A stretch of 64,000 bases of DNA from Raillietiella orientalis (Eukaryota), in assembly GCA_036172245.1 (NCBI GenBank), contig JAYWIR010000008.1, forward strand, positions 930,001 to 994,000, read 5' to 3'. The position numbers and the translations under genes are program-made. Under the pieces are notes generated by a model. That model ran no database searches. It was not told the origin of the DNA and saw only the letters and a list, made by a program, of their open reading frames with translations. Shown one piece after another: positions 36,407 through 50,400 of the stretch. The stretch's first letter is position 1. Each line of letters opens with the position of its first letter.

Positions 36407-37924
36407 CGCCAGCGCGCACCAAAGACTGGTTCGACTAAAGGTGGCTCCATAGCTGTCCGAAACTCCTGCGATGTGGATGGGGGAACAAAAGCAGAGGGAA
36501 AACCAAGCTTCCGCTTCCGAAAATTCCGCCATCGGCTTCGCGGCATTCTTCCCGGGAGGCCCGCCGGGAAGCGAGAAATGCCCCTTGGCGCTTCGTTCAA
36601 GCGGGGGACCGGGTGTCGGATGAAACGAGCGAGGTGATGTGTGGCAAGCCTGCTTCGTGACTACGACTGACCGAGGGGCCACGGTTCGCATGCGCCTGCG
36701 AGAGAGAGTGCAGCGGCGGTAGCGCCTGTTGAGCCGGCGCTTTCGCTTCTGGCGACGAAGTCGGCGGTGCGGTCTGGCGATTCCGTGCCCTCGGACAGCT
36801 CGGAAGCTGCGGAGAGCGACCTTACGAACGCGCAGCAGCCACGCGTTCGTAGAATGACTCCACCAGATAAGGGTGCGTGTGGGGAGACCAAGTCAAGTGC
36901 ACAGCGGAGAGAGAGGGGGGAGGGGCACTTACCCCTACACAGAGACGCACGCTTGAGGCGAGGAGAGGATGGGGAACCAAACATGAGAAATCTGCACCTT
37001 GCATCCCAGCTCCTGCCCTTGCTCCTGTTCGTTTTCGTGAAGAGCTCACAATTATGGAACACTCGAAAGGGACTCGGTAAGACCGCAGATGACGAGCGAA
37101 GAGTGTGCCGTTCCTTCCGCGACGCGCTGCAAGTCAGGTCGCCCCCCCCTCCCCCCCACACACACACACTCCCACGGCAAAGGGGAAGACCCGCGACGCC
37201 AACACGCCTAGGTACTGGCGGGTGGGTGAAGATGGGTCGTGGTGCCTGCGATCCACATTCCGGTGGACTCCGTAACGGACCCTGGCAGATTCGCGCGCGA
37301 AGCGCCGCGCACGCCGAAAGCACGCGTCAGGCGACCAGCATCAACACGTGCTCCTAACTAAGCCCGGACCATCCCTTCCGTCCTCCCTCGCACTTCTGAA
37401 ATTCCCAATTTAAAATACAACTCTCTGGTTGTTGTTTTCAGTATTTTTACAACACCATAAAGGAAAGTTTTTTTAAATGTATTCCAGAAATAGTTATTAT
37501 TACAAACCATGAGTGAAGCGAAACCACTTATAAGGCACAAATCTGGAACTCAAGAAGCGCAGGTGCTTTTGACAGCAACCACACGGAACTGTGGGGGTCC
37601 TCCGGCTTCTGGGCAGCACTCCCGGTTCACACAGTTCCACTACGCCCTGAGCCACCAGGGCGCGTTCACGAACAATTTCTTTTTGCAGGACGTGCAAAAG
37701 GGAAACGGTGAGCTGCCACTCCGCAGGAGGATGCGGCATGCAATGGGTTAGAAGGCATTCGGAAAGGACGAGGCAAGTCGGGCGGCGGAGGGGCTCGGCT
37801 GGGGCTCTCTCCCCATCGTGAACCACGCCCCCTCCCACCACCACCACCACCACAACCACAATTTAGGAAATACGCAGCAAGCGAAACCAGTCGGGATGAA
37901 AGGCGTGATCCGCCGCCCGATTGC

Positions 37925-40900
37925 TTAATGGGGCTCGTCCTCAACCGCATGGGCGACTCTCCTGGACTTTCGGCTGCCGGGCATCTTCGGCTTGGCAAAC
38001 AGATGCTTCTCCCGACTTTCCGGCGGATGAATTTCACTCACCAGGGTGGCCTCATTCAACTCTTCTGATGACTCGACTTCCATCTTAAATAGAAGTTATG
38101 GAAGAAAAACAAGAAAACACCCACCAATGAAAACTTTTTTTTTGCTAAATCATTCCCCAATATTTGAACGCAACGTACGCAACCGTGAATGATGTGTATA
38201 CACAGATATACGCCAAAAGGGAAAAGGGCAGAAGGAAGTTCCGAAAATCAACCCTTGGAGTGCTTTTCCCCGCTCGCCGCGGGGCAAGCGAGCGGTTGCC
38301 CGGGGAAAATTTCGCAGCCACACGTCAAGGGCTGCCGGCTGAAACGCAAGAGACGCACAACGTGAGCCGAACTGAAGCTGCGACCGGCATCTCCAGAGCA
38401 GGAGCAGGAGCTGGAATCGGGGCTGTGCGGCTAAGCACGCACCGGGATCGACACGGAGGGGGAGGGTCTTCTGACCGGACCCGTAGGCGGGGCAACGAAG
38501 GACACGAAGAGCGACCTTGGCGAGCACGCGAGACGAACGGCGGCCGCGAAGACACACATACATGCATGAGCGGGGAGAACCCTCTTCACTGCTATGCTGC
38601 CGCCCACGATTCGACTTCTTGCCTCGCTCCCCGCCCATCCCGCCGACAGCAGCCGACTAGGGCGACGCGCCGTGCACGCTTTCTCCTTCCTGAGCGCAAC
38701 TTTGGTTAAAGAAGAAGAAAAAAAAACTCGGGCGGTACTTCCGAGTTCCCTCAAGGCCCGGTCCGCGTATCAAACGAGGAACAAACGACCCGGGGTCAAC
38801 TCGCAAGTCTGCGGTGCGCTGGAAGAGCGGGACGGGCAACGACGGACGAGACCGGTGAACGGAAGGGAATCACGCAATCCGATCGCGTGCGTGCACGCTT
38901 TCCCGCGAGTGCTCCCACGCAATCCGATCGCGTGCGTGCACGCTTTCCCGCGAGTGCTCCCACGCAACGGCGAAAACGCGTGCGCGCAGGAACGAAACCC
39001 AGGAGGCTCCCGAGAAGTTTCCAAGGATGAGCACCCGCTGGGAGGTGTGCAAGCCGTGCACCCCCCACCCACCCCCGCGAGCGAACAAAGATCGGAAGCA
39101 CCTGGCCACAACAGCTGACGCCGACGCGAAGTACGGAAGAGCCACAGTCGAGGGGCGGATCCTCACAAGATAACGTGAGAGGCAAACGTGGTTGATTCTC
39201 CTGGGCCACCCATGAGACACACGACGTGGGGACGGCACAAAAGTCGTGATCGTCCAAACTCTTGCGAAACAGGGAGGGGTTTCCGGATGCCTGGCGAGCA
39301 CCAAACTGAACGGATACAGAACGAGGGCAAGACCAAGCAAGAAAAAGGAGGGGTGGGGGGGAAAAAACAATGATAAAAGTCAAAACAACGGAAACAAAAG
39401 AACAAACCCCCAACCAAAGGGGCGGAAACAGCAAAAACATGGCGATAAAAGAATCAACGCGATAGAAATGCAGATCGCGAGTCGACATCAGCACGACCCC
39501 GCTCGGGTCGGGATCTTCGCTACTCACCAAACTCGAAGGCCATGTACCAAACGTTTCGATTTCGATGACCCCTTACTCCACATCTCAATGCGAAAACCAA
39601 CCCACCATCCGTGCTGCACGCTGCATGATGCACTTCGTAGAGAAGTAGCACAGTTTCCGCGAATCGCAACCTCTCTTGTGGTTTCGATCACCAATTAGGG
39701 TTCGCACGTTTAAGCCATCATCTTGTTTCCTAAGGTGCGTTGCAACCTACGCTGGTACCCTTCCAAGTGCCTGCAGGCGGGGGGGGGCTCCCCTCGTTAG
39801 TGAACTGCAGGGTTTCCAACAGATATCGCAGGACGCAAAGGCCAAGGATGCCCCCGAATGAGCTGCGAGGTCACCACGCAAACTCCCCTTTCACGGTTTA
39901 ATCCGCTAGGGCTCCGGTGGTGAGGAAGCTGTCACAAACACAGCAATTTGTGACACCAACCTGCACTCTGCCTCCAAGTTCTCGAGTTTCCTGTCCGGAG
40001 AACACTCCTGGGTTTATCGAACGCCTGCGGACGTACATGCAAATGCAGCTGCTGAGTGACTAATTGGGATGATCGATTGCTTTAGACCCGGTTTTCTCAT
40101 GTCGAGCTCGTTATAGCAACTGCGCCTATTTTTTTCCCTTCTTCTTCTTCCTGATCCCGTCTTCCTGTTGAGATTCGTATACTTGTGCGCGTAATACCCT
40201 TCGACCGAGAAGTCTACCACGTGCGTGTCTGGAAACAAGAAATGCTCTCTCCCCGTCCGCCCCCGGATTTCTTATTCGTGAATTCAACTTCGTCTCAAGT
40301 GACACGTCCAGGTTGCCTTTCATTCTGATGGAATCCACTCTGATAGAATCCGACCGAATCTCCAGACCCTCCCTCTCACCTTGCTCACCTAGCAACTTCA
40401 TACAAGAAGCAAGCATTTGGCTCACACCACGGATGTGCAAGGACCTGCTCGCAGAGGCCGGCACGAATGCTGCTGCTCCTCTCGTTCGGTTGGAGCTTCC
40501 TCCGAAACCGGAAGTGAACTCGGTTCTTCAAATTTCAGGCACGCCGCGTGGATGCTTTGCTTCCAGCACAGTGTGCATGCGAAAAGAATGGGAAAGGAAA
40601 ACAGGGAAACACATCATCCGTGCCAGTGCATTACGCCTGCCACCACCGTAGTCTACTGTTTCCACTATGCTTACAGATATTAACCTACATTCATTCCAAA
40701 GAAAACATCAATAAATTCGGTTATTGTGCCTGCATCAAGGAGGAAGTTCCCGAACTGGAAAACAAATTAGGCCGCATCGGGAATCAGACGTATGGAAGAA
40801 TTTTTTACAACTTGTCCCCATCAGAAGTCTTAATGCATACCCCCTTCTTGCATGATAGAAACACCACCCATACACTGTTAAAAATTTAATACCTTTTTGG

Positions 40901-43900
40901 CCAAAACTTCTTCCAGGAGTTTTTCGATGGTTGAAATGAATTGATTTTTACAGCTAGAATACAACATTCTTTCTTTCACTGGAGAACTGGAACTCGGAGT
41001 TGTGTAAATAAACACTGACAAGCAAATTCAATTACTGGAACTGGATATTCAGCATACCTATGGCTTCTTTGGGAACATCAAAATGAGTGTACTTAAATCG
41101 GAATAAATGGTATCTGGGTTGGTTTTGAGGTATTATTGAGGGTAAAGAATCTGCATGGACATTCAATGCAGCATCCAGTTCAATCACGGTTTTCACCAAA
41201 TCTTGAAATAACAAATACATAAATTGAAAACGGAAAAAAAAAAAAAAAAGCGTTGAAAACACACTCAAAAACTGGTGAGTCAAAACAAGAACATCTCAAA
41301 CTGTGAAATACCTGACTTTAATCAAGTATTAGTTTTCACGTAAAATAAATATTAAATAAATATAAATCTATAATTTCCATAATCATAGAATGCTGCACAA
41401 AACTTCACAACAAATAACACACTGCTCTTGTATCAAAAAATTTAAGACACATTGCACAGTCACATAATTTCAATCAAAGCATAGATAATGAGAAACACAA
41501 AGTAATTTGCGCTATTTATTATATTTAGAAACTTCATGGATACAAGATCCTTTCCCTTGCTCTGTAACCAAGTTCTCTAAAGAGAATTCTAAAAGTTTTC
41601 TAAAGAGAATTTCCTGAATAAACAATTACCAATCTGTATAAGTTTCCACGCAGCATGAACACATTTCAATCAAGAAACTAATGAAACTTTTGGAAACTCA
41701 TTTTACAACAATCTTTCCTGACTAAAGCAACAGAAAATAAATCAAACCACTAGCAAACAGGCAACATGAGGGTGTGCCACCCTTGAAAGCAGGCTTTTGC
41801 ACAAACAAAACATATAGAATTGAATAAAACCCTTAAAAAAAATCCATATACACTAATCATGCTTAAACTAACTGAAATGAGGAAATGTAAAACAATATTT
41901 TAATAAGAACTCCAAAAGTTCACACAAATAACCTTATATATGACATATGGGTTTTGGAGTGAACGAAATTCTTCTCCTGATTATAAATTATTCCAGTATC
42001 TCAAATGCAAATGCATGAACATACAGGAAAATTAGTATAATCAATTATATTTTCCATCAAAATCACTAGAGTTTGTTACCTACAAATGCATTTAGGAAAT
42101 ACCATGAAGACAAAACGTACTCATTCATTATAAAAAACAGTTTTCAGCTTCAGAGCACTTTTAATTTTAGGTAGCAACAGAAATTTGGAGCACGAATTTC
42201 AAGGAAGGAAGGAAAAGGCATTACGTATTTGTGCAATGTTTACATTTTTTTCTTTTCCCAATGAAACTTTATGAAATCTCCATTTATGAAAACAAAAATT
42301 CAAGACATATGCATTAGTTTACAGCAACATGATGTCAAATCACCACATGCATTCATCCACAGTTTGGTAATGTAAAATGAAATCCAAGAACTCTCTGTCT
42401 TACCAATTTGAAACCTCAAATAATTAAAACAGTAATCTTTGAATTTTAATAATGCATCTGAAACTTGTGGTGTGCAAGGTAAAATAAAGCCACGTAATGC
42501 TTGCTGTTTGGAGTGAACACTGATGTCAGAACACCTTTCCATCTTCTTTAACTCCTCCATTTCTAATTCTGAATTTGTGAGAGGAGCATTACTTATATCT
42601 GGAAGTTTGCCATTCTGATGTAACTGCAAACTAATTTCTTGCTGGAGAGGGGGGGGGAGAATTAGCAAAATTACCATCAACACACTGATCATCACTTACT
42701 TTTGTTGTACCAAATATTTCATGTTTTATCTTAGAACTTCCAAATTCATTTTTAAGTGTTGCTTTGGATGATGCATACAGCATTTTCTGCCTGACTGGTG
42801 ACTCATCAGGTGAATAACTGATGAACAACCACTCATATTCATTATCACACGGACTGTCCAGTCTGGCACAAATTGCAATAGAAAATGTAATTTTTCATAA
42901 CAGACACCTGTAAAAAATATAGCATGGCTGTTTTTCCTTCAACAAATCCAAAATTCCTGGACAAGTATCTTCCATCCATGTTCCTTTAGTTTTTACTAAC
43001 TCATCTATCTCAAACTGCTCTACATGTACAGAAAAAGCACAATATTAAAACTTTTCAATAAAGCCAAACTTTCTCTAATCATACCTTTCAGAAGCTACAT
43101 TGAACTTAGCATCAGTAAATTTATCACAACTCATACAAACTTAAAGATTAACAAATGTGTTCTGATAAATAGTGCACTATATCTGTTTACGACTTCACAA
43201 TGACGTTTCATATTGAAAAGTTACCGAATATGGGATGATGATTTGAAAGAAAGAGGCATTAATTGAATTACAGCATTGCAAGATCGATTATTTTTTTTCT
43301 ATTTTTCTCATCTAAAAACTAAGTAGGAAATCATTTTTAATCACTTTACTCTGATTATTTTCTATTATCTTAACTTGGAATTAGTTGACAATTGAGATTC
43401 TTTACCTCATGTTAATGACTACTCCACAGAGAGAAGTCACACATGTTGAACCTCTTTCTCTTAAACCATTTTAGCATAAAATTTAAGAGACCGATTATTT
43501 AAAAAATCTGAGAAACAAAAGATCCTTCATCATTAATAAAATACACCGGTTTCGATAAAAACTTAAAACTCATCACTAAGAGGAAATTTTGGAAATTTAC
43601 GTGCTGTTTTAGCAATAATTTTAAGTAATGGCAACACCAAACACTGCGGTATCAATCACAAATTAAAACTAATTCATCATCAAGTGATTACACTTGCTGT
43701 TTAATTTTTCGAGGGAACTAACGTACAAAAGCAATCCGATTAAACAACTTTCTGTACTTAATAACAATAAAGGCTTACAGAGATTCTCAAATTTAATCCA
43801 AGACTAGGCACAGAAACTTTATTCATTCGCCCCTCCATCCCCATGGGTTTTCGTGACATTTAGATTTGGGAAGTGTTCGTTTTTCAATACATATGCCAAA

Positions 43901-44304
43901 AACAAACCTCAATTCACTATACTTCTTAACATTTACCATTAATGATCGATATTTTAACTGATCTTGTCTCTTCATTATTTAAGCTCGTAAATACATCCAA
44001 GACTTTTTTACTTGCTAAAAACACAAAAATGGAATAATCAAAAACAGTAATTGAAAAAATCAATAAGAAACAAACCAAAGCAATTCTTACTAAGCAATAT
44101 TTACGCGTCACTAAAGGGAAAATCACAATGAAACGAAACGGTACACTACGCATTTAAAGCATCTGACTCTACTCCAATGCTACAGGAATGTTGTTTTGAG
44201 CATTAGTCTCACTGTTTTACAATTACGAGTAGGCAAATAGCTCGTTGCTAGGAAAGTTCTCCCCACCAAGCGTCCTCACCGGTGATTCCGGATTGATGAA
44301 ACAT
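37925..44304 (-). CDS. TWF: Twinfilin (two ADF-H domains plus C-terminal tail), 8 exons, 346 aa
   Basis: Minus-strand exons 44304-44280, 44014-43937, 43019-42908, 42862-42700, 42641-42404, 41201-41058, 41014-40893 and 38083-37925, total 1041 nt with consistent phases. Twinfilin hallmarks: [80 protein letters not shown]...FAKPK. Confidence 0.96.
38871..38967. repeat. Tandem duplication of a 45-bp unit (2 copies plus 7 nt) in the last twinfilin intron
   Basis: cacgcaatccgatcgcgtgcgtgcacgctttcccgcgagtgctcc occurs identically at 38871-38915 and 38916-38960. Confidence 0.95.
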
Positions 44305-44587
44305 AGATTTACACCCGCAGACGTTCTCCAGTCGAAGGATGGGGAAAACGGGAATGGCAATCCTTCAGGATGCTGCACAAATCAGCGAGCCGCCACCGCC
44401 ACGGCCGAATGCACGCACGAATCGGTCTGAATTTACAGTTAGTCGAGCTGAGCCATCGAACCCGCTCGCAGGAGCGCCACCCGCAATTTTTCCGGGGAGG
44501 GCCGTAAATGGGCACTCCGGGAGTTGTTTCCACCCGGGACCGTTCCCGGAATATTCATCGGGCAAATGTACGCAGTGGCGGAACTGG

Positions 44588-45596
44588 ATGCAACGGCTTA
44601 AGCAAATATGTGACTTGTCAAGCTGCAGAGAATGCATCGTTGTTATAGATGAGGACATGTATAAGAATAGGTTTCTGATTTCCGTTTTGTGTGAAGGTCA
44701 GCACCCTTTTTTTTTTCTCTTTCAGATTCCAGGCAACACAAATAAATTTCAGGATGTTTTTTTTTTTTTTTTCTGAAAACGAAAATCATAGCAGAAGAAC
44801 GGAAAATCATTTTTCGCCATGTATAGATAAAAATCTCCTTCCCCAAAAAACATCATCGAGTGAGAAAAACAGTAACTTCAACTATGGTCGCTGTTTTCCA
44901 ATTACAAATCAGCCAGATGAAGATATTTTTAAATAACATTTTCAATGATTTTTTTCAAACATTCCTTAATTCTACTGTCATAAATGAATATTCGCATCAG
45001 CGAGATTAAAAATCTATCATTTTATTCCTAGATCACATGAAGAGCACGTGAAATAAAATAACTGCATTCAATACATTTTTTGTCATTTTCGTATTTACTA
45101 CTCGATACGATGAAATCTTAAGAAGCAAAATTTTGCTTCCAGGTGGAAATTTCAACAGTTCATCAGAGATTGAGATCAACCGTCCAAATGTAGGTCTCTC
45201 TTCGATGAGACCCTGACGGGAATATTTTGCACACTTAAATTTTCTTGGTATTCAGTTTGCTGGTAATTTTCTTGCTGAAAAGAAATGAACGCCTATAACA
45301 TAAACAGAAATTTGTTTTCATTTAGAAAAAGAGTATCGCGAAGCTTAGAAGGAAAGGCATGAAAACAAAAATATACGTAAGCAAGTAAATTAAGTACCAA
45401 TAGTGTCACATTTTCCCATTGCAGGAGGGAATGAGCAATCACATTTATGGAGTCATTAGACTGAGAATGTAAGTTTTCAAATGAATAGTGATCTATCGAA
45501 GCAATTTGGACTTCAATTTTAGATTTTCATCTCTTTTACAGGAAGTACGTCATGCCCTCAGTATTCTTTGCGTTACTAGTCGATGTTAAACAGTGA
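44588..45596 (+). CDS. Candidate small orphan gene or spliced uORF (5 exons, ~101 aa; 184 aa if started at ATG 44339), no recognisable family
   Basis: Exons 44588-44696, 45143-45189, 45326-45376, 45425-45468 and 45542-45596 join through GT-AG sites (donors GTCAGC, GTAGGT, GTAAGC, GTAAGT; acceptors TTCCAG, TTTAG, TTGCAG, TTACAG) into one uninterrupted frame ending in TGA. Confidence 0.4.
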
Positions 45597-47432
45597 CTCA
45601 TTGAAAAAACCATACAGAGATTTGATCAAGCAGTACTTACCTCTTATTACGAACCAGTACTCATTTTGAAAGCAGCTTGTCAGTAACATGCTTCTATTCT
45701 ATCACAATGAACTCAGATAGCATGCATTTCTGTCAACATTCATATGTGAAATGATGAATGCAACAACCATAATTTGGGTGCAAAATGACATTATTCATAA
45801 CACAATCGTAATCACTAAATTACTGGAATTACTTTAGCGTGTTTCCAAAGACTTCCATTGGAATTGTTTTTCATCCAAGGATTTTTCAGTCGTAACAGGC
45901 AATATTCTATAACGATGACATTGCCAAAAAAAAAAATCCAGATTAAGTGCTCCATATATACATATGTATAAATGGAGCATTTTCTAGATAAAGAAAACTA
46001 TTTCAAAGAATTGAAGGAACCATCATTATTTATTATCAATTTCTAAATTTATATGATAGGTGCACTGTCTTAAAAAGTTCTTTTCGGACTAATGACACCA
46101 TTACATCAAACCTAAATACATAAAGAAATAAACAAAGTATTCAACAGATGAAGAATTGCAATTTGCAAATTATCACGAATTACCAGTATAAAACACAGTA
46201 CCATTTTTATTTAGTAAAGTTCAATTTTCAGTTAAACACTTAAAGGTTTCATGATATTAGGAATTTTCGATAATCTTTGGTAAATACTTACTAAAACGCT
46301 CATCAAAAATCGAATATCTATCTGCATAATTAAAAGACTGTCGTTCGTTATGGATGGAAATTTATAGATAAATTCATCATGGCAATAATCCAAAATTGTA
46401 AAGACGATGAAAACTGTATGAAATGTACACAAAAGCATGGAGAAAAGAATGATAGGAAAAATACGTATTAAACCAAGTATATCGTTTTTTTTTCCCTTTT
46501 ACTTCCTCGAAAAAATAAATGGATCGTCTATTCATTTAAAAATCTGCAGATTTCAAAATTTTTAAATGGGAATATATAATAACAACTTAGTCTTGTTCAC
46601 GTTTCAAACTGAATATAAAAATTGAATATCTTTTTAAGTTTTCTTCATAAGAATTGCTTATTTTATTCAATACTTACTCGAATTTTGTTTTTTTGTTTTT
46701 TGAAATACTGTCAAGTTGTTCATAATCAAAAGATACATAAGTAATTCATAGTGACCTTTAAAAAATACTACTTATTGAGTATTTTGGTAAAGTATGCTTG
46801 CTCTCTTGTATTCGCGAAAGGCAAAGAAGTAGTGAAGCAATTTATGAATGAGATGAGTTGATCGAAATAATACAAACAATATGCATATTTACTGCAACAT
46901 TTAAACACTGATATCTTTCGACTTTCGAAAGTATCGTGCGGAAACTTATAATGCACATTTCCGTTAAAGTTTGTTCACACGAATAATCAATCAATTTACT
47001 ATACTAGGTGCATCTGAAAAATATAAATATGATTTTTCCACATATTTCAGTTATATAGGAATTCCATAATTTTAAGTTACTTTATACGAATATTATTCAT
47101 TTATACTTTACTATATTTAATATCATTTACAGGATTTTTCCACCAAAGCATATTCTATTTGATTCTTAAAAAGCAAGGTTTCAGTAAGAAGTGGACAGCA
47201 TGATTTTTCCCGGTTGTTTTGAATTGTGCTGTTTATGTTTCGTACTTGAGGAGTCATTTAGAGCATTATTACTTAACTGTACTTCTTTAATGTGTTTGCG
47301 TACTCGATGAGCAGACGCGTATGTAATTTTACAAAGATGCTTTATAATTCATTCCCAATAGGGAATTATTAGTATTTTCACTAGTGTCTTCATTTTTGTT
47401 CACATTCAATTCGTGTTTAACAAAAGTAAGTG

Positions 47433-50400
47433 ATGCTGTTGCGAAAAAGTTTCGAAGCCTCATTTAATTTTAATGGAACTCCATCGAAAGTTCTGTTTTC
47501 TCCTAATAAATCCAGACTTTCATGTGCAAGAGCAGATGTAACAAAAGATGATTCCTTTGTAATGACGATAGGCTCTGTAAGTTTTTGGTTTTTCGATCAT
47601 TGTTAAAATAATATGGGTGAAATATTTCCATGATAGAACGATGATGAAAGTGAAAGAAGAGTCCGGGAAAAATTAATCGCACAGCAAGAGAAACGCAACT
47701 CCTTAAGTACTTCATTTATTTCAAATTCATCTAGCAAACAGCCGGTATCCTCTGGCTTAAGCAACACCAAATTGCAGGAATGCTACTCTGAATGCATTCG
47801 TTTGTGTGCTTTAAACGTAAGAAGGTTCAGAATGTATCGAAGTTTCAGTTTTTAAAGGTTTTAACAGAAGATTAATGCAAAAAATGCATTTCAAATGGAG
47901 CTTATTGATTATATGGAAGAAATGCTGAAAAGAAAAGCAGAATTTTGCACTTTTCAGGTATATGGTGAAAGTACATTTTTTACTGAGAAATAGCAAGTAT
48001 TTGTATTGGGAATAAATGTGATGTTTATGTAAACAGTCGTTTAGGTATATGCAAAGATGTTTCAGAAATGTTATTTTAAAACAAATGAGTCCCATAATCG
48101 GAATGCATATTGCTTCTTGAAAGGATGAGTTTTTACATTGTTTATGACTTAATGGTTTGCATAGAATTTGGGAAATTAAACTCACTTTGTGAAGTGGAAG
48201 GACGCAGCTTATGTACCAAAGTTATAGGTTACATATTCATAAAAGGCATATAACAGTATTTTTTCAAAAAAATTGGAAGGCATTTATCTGTAAGGTTGCA
48301 TAATTACAGGCCCTATATTTATGAAATCATGAAATTAAGAAGGAAAATTTTGTGAGGTTGTACAGCAAAATTGATTCCAGCCAATTGTACTTTTTGACCT
48401 ACATTGTTTAAATCAAGGAATATTCCATATTATTTCCTCCTTTACTATTTGCAATGGTACATGTAGATTTTGAGAATGAAAAAATTGATCTTCTAACCTT
48501 CTATGCGTTACTGTGTTTCATTTTTGATTTGTTTTTCCTCTTTTAGTTTTCTGGGAGAAGCAGCTTACATTTATAATTTCTAAAATGTATAAGTAAGTTA
48601 GAAATTTATTGATCAAGGAAAAGTTGTAAGATGTTTTTCTCATCATTTTTGATGTGTTCATATTGAAAAATGGAACACTGTATTTTTTTCATGGAAAGAG
48701 CTAAAATCTTTCAATCTAAAATTGAGCTACAAAAGCTACTCTCCAGGGAGATGATATGATAATCAGTTTATTCTAATATCTTATCTATTAGAAACATGTT
48801 TAAAAATGGAGCATCTTGGGGATTAGTTTTTACATGAATTAAAAAAAATGAAATATGGGGTAACAACAAAATGTATTGCATGATCTTGGAGCACAAGGTT
48901 GAAATAAATATGTTCCATGAATAGCAAGGGAATGATTGATATCACAGTGAACTTAAAATCAAAGAATACCAAAGCAGGGCATTCACAATTAGAATTTTGA
49001 TAAGTTAAGCATCATGATTTTGAACACTTTGTTTAAATAACTTATTTCATTGAGTAATTATTTTTGTTGAATCGTATGCATCATTCTAAAGAATTTCTTT
49101 GTTAGTCTCAATTCTCTCTGCTACCATTAATCGTGTTTGTGTTCATATATTTGAACTATTACTGCATTGTTGAGTTCCTGTTAATCAGAATTTTAAAGAC
49201 AGAGATTCTTATTTGTGATATGTGCACATTAATTTTCCAAACATTTTTCAAATAATTGCATTTTTATTTTCACTGAGAACCTCGTATTTTCTTGCCAGCA
49301 TTAGTCTAGAAATTTTTGATATTTTAGACCACTGCAATGTGTCTTCAATTTAAATTATATACCCATCAATGATATTTAACAAAGCTCATCCAAAAAATTG
49401 AAAAAAGTATGGATTGTTTTCTGCTCATATCAATTACCTTTCTTATTGCAATTTGGCATGATTTTCAACTTCAGTCTGATTTTACATTGCAAATGACGTA
49501 CAGTTACTTATTAATTGCATAAAGTTAAGCAAAAGTGCAATAGTAATTCGTATTCTTGTTTCTTGTGCTCCTAACTGAATGGAAAATTATGTTATGCTTC
49601 TTCTCCATGATTGTATAATTAAAAGAAATCGTGAATTTCTGATTAAAATCAATGCAAGTAGTTGTGTCTGCCATTGCCATTATTTCTAAATGTTAGTTCT
49701 TTTGTATTCTTTGAGTGAGTTCATTCAATAGTATTTATTTTTCTATTTTCGTGAATCATTGAAGTATTCTCAGAAAAGTTGCATGAAAATCAGTGGCATA
49801 AAGCTTGTGATAAGAAGGAATTGCACTTGAAGACAATCTTATAGTTTGAAGTTGTTTATTATTATGGTTGTATCCAGAGTAAGTTGAAGTTACAACTGTT
49901 GATTGTGTTGAGAGTTATGTTTGGGATTAGGATGGTAATCTCAAGACACTTGAGGAATAATAAAACTATAAGTAATAAATATGAATTATATTTGTACTCA
50001 CATCCAGGACCTTTAGGAAGTATTGGCATTCATAGATGCAAATTTTTGACTGGTTTTTAAGGAATTTCTTGTATATTTCGTACATTTATGCAGTCTTATG
50101 TAACAAAATCAATTTTTTTCTTGGAATGCTAACATCTTGGAAGACTCCAAGAAAAAAAGAAAGTTTCATTAATCAAGAAAAGTTAATTATTAATTATTTA
50201 GTGATTCTTAGTGTATCAAATATTTTTATCAGAGAATAAATATGCTCTGCATATTTATTTTTATTGGTTGGTTTAAAATATTTAAGGTGTCATTTCCATG
50301 TTTTAAGCCCAGAAAGTTTAAAATAAATAAATGCTCTGCATTTCCGGTCCTTGTTCTCTAATGTAGTGTTGAATCTTTGGGTTAAACACATCTTATTTTA

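Noticed and set aside
37509..37751. Plus-strand ORF and micro-exons antisense to the twinfilin 3' UTR
   Set aside because: Isolated splice-like motifs, no homology, and no complete gene model.
45948..45979. 32-bp imperfect palindrome (tgctccatatatacatatgtataaatggagca)
   Set aside because: Short and centred on low-complexity TA sequence; plausible by chance in AT-rich DNA.
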